DNA from: Paraphysomonas bandaiensis
Lineage: Eukaryota > Protista > Chrysophyceae
Assembly: GCA_965644295.1 (NCBI GenBank)
Contig: CBFFRP010000089.1
Location: 1 to 64,000 of the forward strand
Direction of reading: 5' to 3'
DNA: 64,000 bases
A program made the position numbers and the translations under genes. The notes below the pieces were generated by a model that saw nothing but the letters and a program-made list of their open reading frames with translations, made no database searches and was not told the origin of the DNA. Positions 48,793 to 62,600 of this stretch are shown in pieces. The first letter of the stretch is position 1. Each line of letters starts with the position of its first letter.

Positions 48793-50958
48793 ATGTCACA
48801 CTCATGCGATGAGTCTCATCTGATGGGACCGGAGAAGGACTTTGTTGTGTCTAATTTTCGGCAGTGTGTGGACGATCTTCAGAGCAGATCGGTATAGTTA
48901 TGACTGAGTGAGACCACTGTTAGTGTCTGATGTATGTGCAGGCCACTTCTCAAGTGAAGAATAACTTATCTATAGCTGCATGCGGAGAGAGTGCCGATAC
49001 GGGAGAAGTGCTCTCTAGTCTTGAGAGACACTTAGGCGTTTCCTCTGATACAGACTTTGGAAGTTGCGACTTTAGCAATGATACGTTTGTATCATTATTT
49101 AATCTGGCTGCTCTGTATTCTGCAAAGGGGGACTTTCGTAATTGTATGATAATACTATTGTACTTGACGACAAAAGAAGCCTGTCTTGAAATTGGGTTTG
49201 CACATAAAGTGGCGACTCTTCTTAGTGAGGTAGTAATTCAGTCGATGAACACCTACGGATCTGGGAAAGAGTATGACTATAAATGCTCTGAATTATTTAA
49301 CTACAGTTCCGCTGCGCTGGAATTGTTGAAGACTATTCAGGGTAATGAAGAGTTTAATTGGATACGCTGCGCTCTTTCTGTAGAATCTAGCGAGGCATCA
49401 AGCATGAAAGAATGTATTAAGAAGATTGCTTCGTTTCATCTACATCTGTCTACATCTAGGCATATGATTGCTTGTGGAGATTTGAAAGCAGCTAAGAAGG
49501 AAATTAAGACTTCGTTGGACATTTTGCATCGCGGAATCAGTGTTTACTCAGAAATTTGTGTGTTTCAATCCCTTCATTGCTACCATAGTCTACTTCCGTG
49601 GTTATCGTACTATTCGGACTCACTTGATTGCTCTACCCAGTTGCTTTTGACTAGACAGAGTCAAGTAGCACTGTTTTTGAAGGTCTGTCAATTATTGCCG
49701 ATTTGAAAGATATTTACGTTATACCCAGGCAAACATTGAGTATTTGACCAAAAATTACATAAAATCTGTGAAGATACTAGCATCATGTCGAAAGGCTGAA
49801 ATCCCGACGAATAGAGAAATTGATACATTGTTTTATAATAACATGGGATGCCTCTTCTTTATGCTAAACCGCAGTGGAATTGCGTTGGAGCTATTCAAAA
49901 TGGCGTCGCACCACATGCGCAGCGAAAATAAGGCCAGTATTCACAGTACGATACCCGCGGAATATACAACGCATGTACTATACAATACAGGCGTGACACT
50001 TCTTTTTCTAGAACAACCGTTGGATGCCTTCCGGTGCTTGTTTAAACTTATGAGCAATCTGAAATCTTGTCCCAAGTATTGGGTGCGTTTGGCGGAATGT
50101 TGTATTCAGAGAGATATTCTTTTTCGAAAGACTGCTCATGCCAACCAGAACAGTCCTATTTCATCTGTTGCTATAAAAGGAAAGTTTAAAAAAGTCATTT
50201 TAAGGTATCGTCTGAGGCATTCGATGTACAATATAGATCTAATGTTTATTAATGACTATATAGCAACTCTGAGAGCCAGCTACTGGAACACTCTGGTGGA
50301 GATTGCTCACTCGCAAATGCCGCGAACTATTTGACTCGAGCGATTAATCTACTTGAACTTGAAAAGAAAAAGGCCCCTGATAGTACGGCAACCTGCAATA
50401 GCAGGACAGCAATAGTTATGAAAGTGAAGTTGTCATTAGCTTATGTGTTATTGTGTTGCCGTGATTGGATTCGGGCACATCAATTAGCTAAAGAAGTAAT
50501 TGAGAGTTCCCATGTGGATGCGTATTGCAGGTAGATGTGGCGTAAAAGTGTCTATTTCTTTTGATGTGATTTGCCACAGCTTTCTTGCAAGAAACTATGC
50601 AGCGGAAGCCTTATGCGAACTTGGACGTATCTCTGAAGCTGCTGAAATGCTGGACGTTCAACTACTAACTCCTGACGTCGTGGAGAATATTCAATGGGAT
50701 GTGCCGTCATACTGTGGAATCAATGGCGACCGTCCTTTTTCCAAATCAGATATGGCAGAAGCGACAGTTGTGACCAATCGCGCGGTTGTTTTGATGTTAC
50801 TTGGGCGTTTACAGGATTCAGAAAACGTTTTGCGGGGCTTGATCGATCGATTCCCCTCTTTCTTTTTGGCAACAAAATGTCTAGCTTATATTCTTATTAG
50901 ACGAAATTGTTCAGATGACGCACTGAAGATACTTTCCCGAATTAATTTTACTCGCTGA
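48793..50958 (+). CDS. CNOT10: CCR4-NOT complex subunit 10 (TPR), multi-exon
   Basis: LFLK|ANIEYL..NYIKSVKIL, FYNNMGCL, YNTGVTLL..QPLDAFRCL, PKYWVRLAECCI, LAYVLL, ARNYAAEAL. Confidence 0.85.
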
Positions 50959-52395
50959 TATTTGTATAGAACATCTACAACGTAGAGATTAATTAATACA
51001 TCAAAATTAGGGTTATTAAAGGTTATGGACTTATCCGTGTTGTATAAAGTAGAACGTTTTATATACGGAAGTATAAGGTATCTAAGGCTAGCCTTCGTTT
51101 TTCTATAGAGTACTTGGCTCAATCAATGTGAATCGCCTTCAATGGCACTGTACTAAAAATATTTTAGAGTATAGCACAATATAAATTATACTAAGTGATA
51201 TAATATCCAACTGCTGGCAACGTTATAACCAACTTCCAGCTCATCATCAGTATTAAGTAACTAATAGCTACGATTCTCCAAACAAAGTAATGGCTGTAGC
51301 CATTTTAAACACCAGTGTAACCGCAATTTACTATGATAACTCATCATCGATGTATAAGCGAAGATGCATTAGGCATTCATTGTAGTTGATGTGAAAGTAT
51401 TCTACTAGTTCAAATCGAACATATTCGTATGTGTACACAAGATGACATTGACATGTAACCCATACACTTCAAGTCAGCAGAGGTTAACGAAGAATACGAT
51501 TGTAAAACACGCTCTCAGTCACTTATTTAAGTTGTGTTCATCACTTCTTATCGTTGTCATTACTCGCTACCTATCATTATTATCCAATCACACAATCTTA
51601 CACAGTGTATACATTTCAGTTTGACTTAAAAAAATTATCTAATTCATATCATTTCATCTCTCATCATCCATTGTCATTCACTAAATACATACTCTCACTA
51701 CTGCCTGGTAGACGTACTACTCCGATAATAATTTAACTAGTCTCACCATAGTCATTGCTGCTTTAATCTTCTACGTCGTTTGTTTATTTTTGATGACTGC
51801 CATTGATTGCTTTTTTGACCCTTACCTACTAGGCATCTCTTTCCTTGTTTCTCACATATCACACTCTACACAACGATTTCGTATAATGTCTGCAGTCTGA
51901 TCATTTGTTCCAATATATGATACAGTGCCGCAGTGTTGAATGGTCCAACCGGATCCACATGTTCACTTACCCCTTAACAAGAGTCGAACTCATATATTTG
52001 ATGGTATGGTTCTAATGTACAGTTGACGCAGCCTCCGTCATGTCGGCCTGGGTTGTGCGTGGACAATGGTTGAAGTGTGAGGGAGGGTGTGTACGCAGGG
52101 AAGTGCGATAATGGCTGACGGTGGGTCGTTTGGTCAGTCCGAGTAGTCTCAAAAAAGTGGAAGCTTGATCATGGATTTTCTTTATACTAGGGTGGGACTG
52201 GATGACAGGATAGAGGTGGTTGTAAAGTATCTATGGCCTCGGATGGTGATCATTTTCTTTCCCGCTGCGAAGAGAGGTAGGTTTTAACGACACAGCGATT
52301 TGGTTTCAAATATATATATGCAGTTCATGAGCGGTTAGGTGACGAGGCTGTTAGGTCCTGTGTGATAGCAATGTCGTATTTCCTGTCTGGCTAAA

Positions 52396-52520
52396 GATTG
52401 CACACTGCATCGTATTATACTTACCTCATTGTGACCTTAAATGACCAGATTGGCACTGTATCGTATTCTACTTACTTCACTGTGAGTTTAAAAGACCGGA
52501 TGAATGGTACTATATCACAT
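52396..52520. repeat. Degenerate ~52-bp tandem repeat (~2.4 copies)
   Basis: gattg..cactg.atcgtatt.tacttac.tca.tgtga..ttaaa.gacc repeated. Confidence 0.7.
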
Positions 52521-52879
52521 TGCTTCATATATATATAGATATGGTTATATATCCCATACACTACCGCTATACTGTACAATCCTACAGTGGTTTAAAAGTA
52601 GCATATTTCCCCTATACAGAAACAACAGTCGAATTGTACATGGATTTTCATATGGATATCACAGCAGCACACAGCCAGCCCTGTTTAGTAATTTGGAACA
52701 TTGCAATTTTGATTGTTGCTGCAGTAGACTTTGTGTCATTATTTATGCTTTTCTAGATTTCATTTACATTGACGTTATTGTTATTATTTATCTCTTTGGT
52801 TTTCATCCATTGTAGCCGAAGTTGAATCACAAAATAAAGAGTTTTGTCATTCGCACAAAATCGGGACTCAATAGATAAA

Positions 52880-53855
52880 ATGGAAGATATTGAAACTCAA
52901 TCATCTGGAAGTAGAAAATCTCAAGAGTCGTTGAGTCGTGTGGTGGTGGATTCTCCCAATTTAAATCATCGACAAATTTTTTTAACTTATTTCCTCATAT
53001 TAGCATTTGTAAACCGTCGCTAGCGCCACGTGTACAGCTGGATGATAAGGCATTTGATTATTTTATGAATGGTTTTGTTCCTTTGGAGACCAGGTTTAAC
53101 AGTTGTGTCGTCAAGCGAAATGAAAAAACAATGTACTTTCTCGTGTATGAATTGCTGTTCATGGTCGCAACTTTTGAGAAAGTTAAATCCGAGGGTGTCG
53201 AAATTTCAATACGAGCTGACGATGACGACGATGGCAACAAAGTAGATATTGCGGATATTTCTGCATATGTACACCATGAAATGCAGTTATCAAATGATAA
53301 AAAGACTGCCAATGGACCTGTGGAATTCGTAACGACTTTTCGAAAACCGTCGCATTCGGATAGTGCAATCACATCAGTGATAGAAGTGAAACATAGACTT
53401 ATACCATCGGAGGCAATATTTGATTCGCGTGAAAATAATGAAATTTATCAGTTCTATATGCTCATCTGGGGATGAGTGTGGAGAATAATCGATTGAGAGA
53501 GTCATATGAAGATGTGTGGGGGGCTTACACGGACGGATACACGTGGATATTTGCATGTGCCAAGTGCAGAGGAGAGGACATTGTGTCTCACATTGATATT
53601 GAGTTAGCTGAACCCCTGATGTTTCATATGAATCACAGGGCCACACATAGTACCAAGTTGGTTGTTGAATACCTATTCAGCGCTCTGATACCAAATATAT
53701 CTGGACCAATTACAGAGGAGAAAATGGAAGCATCTTATTCTTTGTTTGATACTTATGTTGCTGGTAGGATGACGTCTTTCTTTGATGCATTGGAGAAACA
53801 GCGGGAACAGGAAAGAATCATTGAGCGTTTTTGCAAACTGAGAATGAAGAGCTGA
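52880..53855 (+). pseudogene. Disrupted ORF of unknown family
   Basis: Protein-like ORFs 53065-53475 and 53472-53855 overlap in different frames; there is an upstream in-frame stop near 53020; it lies within a repeat-rich spacer. Confidence 0.4.
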
Positions 53856-54609
53856 GGGCTGCTCTTGCGGCAATGAGAATGGAGAGTAAATGAGTTTGTT
53901 GTGCCACCAGTCAGACATACTCTCTACTAGATATAGAAGGATAGATAAATATTTATAATGAATAAAGCGTATTGATGTGGTTGTGACCTGCGTAGGATGT
54001 TGCAGGGAGCGACGCTTCAACACAAAATGTAGTGATATGATAATTGAAGAATTGATAAAATGTAGTGTATTAAGGAAGAATTGATAATCATCACTTCACT
54101 TTGCAAAATCACCATTGTATACAATTAGTATAATAGCTTGCGGTTTGTACACAATTAGTATAATAGCTTGGGGTTAGCTACGGTGAGGACGCTTTACTAG
54201 GCACTCATTTAACTCACCACCCACCAGAAGGAGATCATTGATTTGTGGTACTATTATACTTCTTAAGGATACAGCGGGGGTTATTACTTATTACTTATGT
54301 TTCCAATGTTCGTGCACTAGTTAAGTTACGAGGGGGGTCTCACTGCACTGCACTCGTATTGCAATATATTTCGCATATCATTCTTGATTGTATACCGCGA
54401 TATCCAGAGCAAAGTCAAGAGTGCTTCTTCTCGCATCGATTGAAATACCGCCCTTTGTAGTGTAGACACCCGCGTCGGTTCTCCTTACTGGCGGAGTTTA
54501 TTTATGAAACTCTCAAATCGCGAAGGTAAAGTTGAATCAGCAGAAATTTGATTTCTGGAGGGCTTTCTGGAGAAGAGTAAAACATGGTCGCCCAATTACT
54601 AATTAGTAT

Positions 54610-55400
54610 CATCTCGTGTCTTTGCGCCGTCGTGCATGTGTAAAAACCTAGGTAGTTGAATTCCGTTCTTTTCCGGTAACGGTTCAGGCCTAATAGAAGT
54701 GAAGGTTGTAAGCATGATTCCACGATGCACGTGGTCCAGTACATCATACTAATAACAGTGCTAGTTGTGTTGCCTTGGTACATTTATTTTTTTAGCATCC
54801 TAGCAGTCTTATATAAGTACATAATATATAATATAATATACTTCCTACGTAGTAGCTGTGCTAAGAACTAAGGGTGCTTCACAATCAATTTTGTTTTAAC
54901 AATACTACCACTATATATGTAGTACTAAGTGGCAATCGTATATATTATATAGTATAATATATTGCTTATATATAGCAGCATATAGAAAAGCATATGTTAA
55001 CTTGACGACCGAAATGATATTCAACCCGAAATCGGAAACATGAATTCTACTATATATATATATATGCGATATATATATTCTATAAAATACAATTGCCATT
55101 AGTATTATGAGACAATCTCAGCTCTTAGCACTATACTGCATACTTAGTACATATTGGACAACTAGGATGCTAAATATTAGATCACCAAAGTAACACAACT
55201 AGTATTTTTTAGATAATTACAAGCATGCTGCAGTGGGCCAAGGCCCAAGTGCATCATCGTGCAATCATGCCCACAACATTATCTTCAATTAGTCCTGGAC
55301 TGGAACCGGAAAAAACAAAAGCGGAGCCGCCGAATTCCGGTTTCTGGTTTTGGTCTTAATCGGAATCAACTACCTCGGTAAAAACACACGAGTGATGCAT
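54610..55400. repeat. Degenerate long inverted repeat (~260-bp arms, ~250-bp AT-rich spacer)
   Basis: Arms pair as reverse complements: ggtagttga/tcaactacc, catgatt.cacgatg/catcgtg.aatcatg, ctagttgtgtt/aacacaactag, tttagcatcctag/ctaggatgctaaa, gtgctaaga/tcttagcac. Confidence 0.7.
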
Positions 55401-55784
55401 AGTAGCAGTGATAAGGCAATGTGATAATAGTAGCTAACTAGTCATGCGTCATGCTAACCGATACCATCACCATGCATACTCCGCCCAGCAGGCAGCTTCT
55501 GTAGGATGTCTAGTCTTAGCTGCGTTGTATAAAATACAATTATAAGAAAATTTATCAAGTGGAAGTTGTTTCATCGGGCGGAAGGAAAAAGCAAAAATAT
55601 AAAATAGCTAAAGATGCCATACTAATAATATATGAATATATGTGACCACACCGCATTGCTTGAATCTTGCTGGTGCATCATATTTTTAGCTATAGATTCA
55701 AATTAAGAGCTACTTCAGGAGGTTGATCGTAAAAAGAATCAATTCACCTTGAGAGGAGTTTCCCTCGGATGTGCAAGTGGGGGC

Positions 55785-55880
55785 CGACAATTATCCGTGC
55801 CGAATTTACTGGGTGCAATGCTTAGTGTTTACCATGAACTTACGCCCGGATATTGCATATGCTGCATTTGTGAGCATATG
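55785..55880 (+). pseudogene. Small copia RT remnant
   Basis: LLGAML..MNLRPDIAYA resembles copia GSLLYL..TRPDIAYAV. Confidence 0.45.
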
Positions 55881-56604
55881 TGCATATATAGTCCAAAGGT
55901 TCAAGATCTGTAACAATCGTTCCAATTCACAGGTATAATATTTACAAGTACCTGCATATATGCAATGGTAAGATTATAGTAGAACGACATAACGATATAA
56001 CCAATTTGCTGGTTTTCACAAACTCAAAATTGCTAAGTAAACTACGTCATTGAAATTCTCAACGCTGATTTCAATTCTCTTCCGAGTCCGAAAAAGTCAT
56101 CTTTCTCCACAGTCAACAGCCGGATTTTTCTGTACTCTACCAAGTAAAGTGTTATTGGGAATACACCTAAGCTACTGCTACGTATATTTCCTATCCTGGA
56201 TTACACATTCGTAAAAATTATTCGAGTATATTCCGCCATGTCCCATAATTCCAATTGCCACCAGTGCAATTCCTATATAATGGGGCAAGCAATTTAAATA
56301 CGACACGTGGTTTTAGTAACAACACTCCATCATAGCCATCATAAGCGAGTTCTGTTTTCTTAAATTCGACAAAACATGATTAATATGTGATACAGTATCA
56401 CCGCAACAAAATATCAGAGTGCTTCAAAGCTACACTTCAGCAATTCTTTTCAGTACTTTTCAAATATGTGCTAGCCAATGGAGATAAATGCTGTGAAATA
56501 CGATACTAGCAATTCATTCAATAATAACCAGATGTCACAAACCTACTATATAAGCCCTAAGTATTTTAATTCAATATATACGTTACGTTAGAACCGCAGA
56601 CACA

Positions 56605-59600
56605 CTATAGTGCTGACCCCATAAGTGGATTCTTAAGTATCGCAGAGTGCAGAGTTTTCCACCTCGCATCGGGGTCAGTGCACACATGAAGTGTACCACT
56701 CTCAGATCCAATTAACAGAAACTGGTCATCTGCCATAACAGTATGGTCAACGCAAAAATATACAACGTATCCCCCACATACCAAGTGCAAGTGTTAAAGC
56801 TGTGACAGACCCGTGGCCTTCAACGTGGAAAGACCACAATTCACCTAAATCCCACACTTTTCTCGCAGTAACAACACCATTACTACCACCAAAAAATATC
56901 ACTGTTCCAGAGCGACTCATAGTTAAACATTCAATTCTAAAATACAAAAGTAAAATACGTCAACTGTACGTTCGTAGCAAACCTGCAGGGAACACAAATG
57001 CGATGTAAGAGCTGTCCGTTTATCCAAAACACACATGTCTCGAGATTCGACGACGCATGAGCAACTAAATATCCAGCTGAAGAAATACCAACTACACTGA
57101 TAGGGAGTCCGCTGTGCGATTTGCGAGCTGAATCCCATTGTGTCATACTATATATTGACCTTATATAACGACCACGGCGTGCCGAATGAAGGCAAAGTAA
57201 ACCGTTTTCACTTCCCGAAAAAACTAAATCATGGTGACTAGAATATGATATCGCTGTTACGGGCGAATCGTGTCCCCACAGCACATGAATACACATCAGA
57301 TTTTCAGCTGTATCCATATCCGTAATATTTACATTTTCCATTGTAACAGATAGAGCAGATGCCATCACCGGGTTATCAATGACCCAAACACGACAGGTGC
57401 AATCTGATCCCCCAGTTACAAGGATATGCTTCTCGGAACCCATATCAACGCATGTAATAGCACCAATATGATTTCCATTAGTATTTCCAATTTCGCGCAT
57501 GGAATCAAGTGAATGTACTTTCAGATTAAAATCCCAATATCCACAAGATATTATTCTATCGATACCACCATCTGACATTCGCAACACTATATTTCCTTTC
57601 GAAATACTCACCCGGCTTCTTTCCCGGACACTTTCCGCGGAAACTGAAAAACTTGGGACAACTTCATCTTCACCAGTAGACCGAATTGCCTTCGCATCTT
57701 CTTTTCTTCTATTTGCATTCGAATGAGATTTTTCGCGGGTAATTCCTATTAAGCCCTCAAAATAAGAAGGACTACTGCTATCTATCTTATCGTTCATGAC
57801 GTCATCATTAGAACTAATCGAATTGAATCGAAATATCGAAAACTTAACACTAGGTAGTTTTTTAACGCGATCTTGTTTGAGTTGAAATGGAATTGCTTCG
57901 GTATCTGGAAAACCATTCCATTTGTAATAGACAACTGAAAAATCCTCATAAAAAGCAATTAATCTATCTGTGCAACACTCTACTGCAACTATGGCACCAT
58001 GCTCTCCGTTGAATACAAATTGCTTAGGGGGGGTGTAGCACCTGGCTTTGCTAATTACATCCATATTAGGGCTATTGCAAAATGATGAAATGCACTCCTC
58101 CTTAGGATACCTCTTTGGATGAGCTTTAGTCAGAAGCTGCGATGGAGTTTGTCCAAAGTGAGTCACTTGAGCTTTTGTAGCATTTTTCTGCAATGGGTCC
58201 TGAATAGCTTCAATGTCAATCGCGTTTTCATACGTCAGATAATGGAATACATTGCACGCATCTATCGCTGGCTGTCCAGTTTGTTTATATCCGAATATTA
58301 AATCTATCCAATGGTGTAAATTATCAGAAACATAATCACTCTCCAAGGCTTCTCTATTGAGACGAATGAATTCAAAGGGGTCATTATGACACCATGGCGG
58401 CAATTTAACATTATCTACTGTTCCTCGGTCATCCTGCAATTCTCCCAGCGGAAGGTTATTGGAATTTATAAAGAGTTCAGGTAAGTAAAACATTTCAGGA
58501 ATCAATTCCTTCACGTCACTGACAGAAGTATTACAGCACTGCCAAGTAGATTTGATGTCGAAAAAAAGGCGATCTGGACAATCAAACCTCCCTCCTTGCA
58601 AAGTAATGGCCATCGAGGTAAAAGGTTCTTGGCGAATGAGGAAATGCAGGACAACACCCGCCGATGAATAATGACTGCCATACATAAAGCTCGGCATGTC
58701 GGAATCACCAAACGATTTATACCTGTCCAGGATTTCAGACAGCCGACTGTCATTTAGAGCACCGATCGGTTTACGTAAATCTCGAAAAATATTCTCATCT
58801 GTGAGGTCGAGAACATCGGATTCATAATCGGATAAAATCCACGGAAGAACAGGGTATTGCGTAATATCATTGTATGATCGACCAGCTATGATATTTAATC
58901 GCATCAGATATTCGAAATTCGATATTTGACGTTTCTTCCAGAGTTCTGTCCAAGGCAATCTCTGAAATATATGTGTTGGGTTCAGTGACGGGCCAGTCAT
59001 CAGCAGAGGTACATTCTGCTTGCGAAGGTGACGAAAAAAACGATGTAGCTCTCCAGGTGAATTAAAAGCAAGAAAAATTTCAGGACAATCGGCGAAAAAT
59101 AACTCAACACCACTGTTTTGAAGTAGGTAACGTCTCCCGTAGCACTCCACAAGACGATCTAGTTTCCACCTGCGATTTCGGAATTCATCAAGTCTAACTG
59201 AAAACCCTCCAACTCGTTTTTTAGGATGAAAATACAAATATTTGTTTGTTAGTAATATCGTACCAGCCAATATTTGTTCAGTCATTACTTTAGTCACGTC
59301 AGCTGTCAATATTTCTTTTTCATCAGGAAGCCAATTAAAAGCTAAGGCCCAAAGGGGTATTTTCTCTGTCTGCTGAGAAGAAAATAACACAAGTCCTTTA
59401 TCGACACGTGTGGATACGTTAACTGATGTTTCCTCAGCTTCCGCCTCTTCCTCAGATTCGTTTTCGTCCCAATCCATCGCTGATTTTAGGCGACTCATCT
59501 TGGGTCGGGTAAACTGTAGAGTATTCTGCAGGAAAGATGTCGCAACAGGCGTAACCTTAGCATCTAAACCATTTTCATTGCGCATACTATCACTTGGTTC

Positions 59601-62600
59601 ATCTCGGACTCTTGATTCAAAATACGCCGCATCGGAATGATCTACATTCTCATCTAATCTCCGCATCAGTAATCGCCTCAAACTATTATCTCTGTGATTT
59701 GACCTAGCATACTGCGCTTCAAAGTGTTCAAGTTCCGGTGACCATGGTGACCAATCTTCTTCCAGGTCACGCAGGCAGTTATTCCAATGCACAGCTGACG
59801 ATTTTAAGTGCACTTCAGCGACAATGTCACGGTGGTGGATACGTGCAATTTCTTCATCACGGGCATATTTAAAAGTATCACTACCCAATTCACGGAGGTC
59901 ATTGGCCTCGTCGATGTAGTCATTTTCGTCTTCGTGCACCAATAAATCAGCTTTCACAGCTTTCAGTCTTCCATGAAAATAATCATTATGGTTGTCTTCA
60001 ATACTCTCCACCGACATGATGGACTCTATAATCTTTTCGCTGTAAAGCAAGTTGATACGAGTAAACGGATCTCGAAGCCAACGCAGTGCAAGCAGAGCTT
60101 CCTCGCAAAATTTAATATCACTTTCGTCGTCCGCAGATGTGTAATTGGATCTAAAACAAAGTTATTTAGAACAGACATTCCAAACCAAATTACCTGAGTG
60201 TTTTATCGTCAGTACGCGAAAGTTCTGGTGATTGAGTATTCTCAATGGAAATCCCAGAATTACCACGTGAATATATCGTGTAATCATCTGGTGAAAACAT
60301 AGTTGGGCTATTGCCACCCGAATGGTTACTCATGGACCTCACTCTGGCAACTGCAAAGCTTCTTTTCAAAGACGTTATTTTAATATTCACGTTTTGATGT
60401 CGCTGAACCAAAAGTGTATACGCCATGAATGCTCTGTCACCCATCACAGAAGCTAGAAAGTTTTTCCGGGTATTGTATAGCGTTACAAGCAAATCAATAC
60501 AGTTGTTAGCATACTGAACAAGGTGTCGCCCAGCCGAATTGTTTAGCATGTCATTTACTTTCGCAGGAATGTCAGGATTATCCATCACACTTTCGAAATC
60601 ATCATAGTCTTCCTCATGTCGCCGCAATTCTGCATGCGGGTGAGGTATCGGACCATCGAAGACGACGTCCTCTTTAGATTGCATACCTAATGCTCCATAA
60701 ACAGGAGCCAGAGCTACATATACTCGATTCACAGCCATAACGATGTGAGTCAAAACAACCAACGTCCAGTCATCACGCGAACAATTTTCCGCGGGGCCTT
60801 TCTCTATAACCTTTATCAATTGCACTAATCTTCTGACGTTGAGACTAGCATACTCATTGAAGGGAGACAACTCATGAAGGGTAAACAAACACAAACGCAG
60901 CATTGTACTATAAAGTGTCATGGTATATTTTTGCTGCACACTCTGAAAGTCCTGTTTATAATTTCCAGGAGCAAAGGTCAGCATATGCCCATTCCGCAGT
61001 CGAGTTTCTCCCGGTAAAAACACAAAATCAAAATAGCGAAGAAGTTGAAGAACTACAATCATGCGACCTTTAGGAAGCTCATACCCTCTTTGTAATGACG
61101 CAAGTATTTCACTATCGGCCAGTTTAGACTTTCCGCGGTGGCCACGCTGTTGCATAGGTTCCATAATAATATCTGAATCTTTGAGGACGTCCACCCATAT
61201 GTGTTCTGATATAGATTCATTTTCTATAACTTGTGTCAAATTTTCGCTATCATCACTATTCAACTCTACTCGAAGCCTTTCATCCGCTATAGCCATCGGC
61301 AGCATGAAGCGATCAAGTGGTACCTTACAGCCACATTGTTCACACAGCTCTGACATAGAAGACTGCTCACGTTCTCTGCAACTGCACATTTGTTCACAGG
61401 AAGACAAATCATTCTTCTCGGCTACAATATCAAGAAAATGCTTGAATCTCCTTTTCCCTGTAAAATGTTAGAAAGTTACTGTTAGACACACCGACAGTCT
61501 TACCGAGGCTTAAGTTTTTGATGCCAAGTCCGGCTACGCAATGCTTCAACATGAAAAATGATGACAGAGTCCATATAACAGACAACATATTTTCTAAACG
61601 GATTCTAGCCTCGTTATTTTCCTCGTCACTCGCTGAATTTAACATTCTCTGGACGTCCTTATACTTTGATTGCATAGTGAATGTGATCTCATTCAACAGA
61701 TGACTGAGCACAGCATACGACACGGCAATATCATGTTCAGATTCGAAAGTTAAGGATAACACATTATCGATTTCTCTACTACCGCAACGACAGTCCAATG
61801 TGTGCAATAATAACGTAGCATACACTTTCATTCCAATATCAAAATACATATCAAGTCCAGCATCATAGTTATCAGTCACAATATTACGATCACGCCAACC
61901 GGATGTAGATGGTGAACCTGGCGGAACAGCCAAACGTGATATTCCATCTTGTCGGGGTATACCGAAACTAGATAATTTAAATATTTCTTTGTTGGCAAAT
62001 AAGGAAGATATCACATCCTCATTTTCAGGACTCTCGTATATTGCCCAAGCTTCTAGAATTCTCGGCACATTGCGCTGCAAAATACCCGCCGAGATATTCT
62101 CCGAAACAGTAACAAGATGTTCAACAAGTTTATACATGCACAACTGCCACGCTGGATCAGAACAAAATATGTCACGATTTCTTGAATTGTGCTTGATAAG
62201 CGCAAGAAGGTCTTGGTACACTCTATCACGAATACTGTTAGACATATCAGGAATTAAATGAAAAAATGCCTTCAAAGCAGCAGGGTTCTGTATTTCAGAG
62301 CTTTCATCAATACGTCTCAGTAATGTATCTGAGCCTTTGGATTGCAGTAATGTACGACCAGAAGACGATGAACAACCAATGGAAAATATGTTCAGGGCAC
62401 TTGAAGATATCTGTGTTTCCGACGTGGTAGTCGTCAAAAGCATATCTAGAAGTGCAGTATACGTCATATCTGTGGCATTTACTTTCTCAGAGCCCAAATA
62501 GTGGCATAACAACGACATTCCACCACACATTCGCAACAACTCCAACCCTTGCCCTTCCGCCATAGATGCGTACTTCTCTCGAGCTTTTGCTAATTTTAAA

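Noticed and set aside
52396-52520. Repeat-spacer-like pattern (CRISPR?)
   Set aside because: Contiguous degenerate tandem units with no unique spacers, no cas genes, eukaryotic context.
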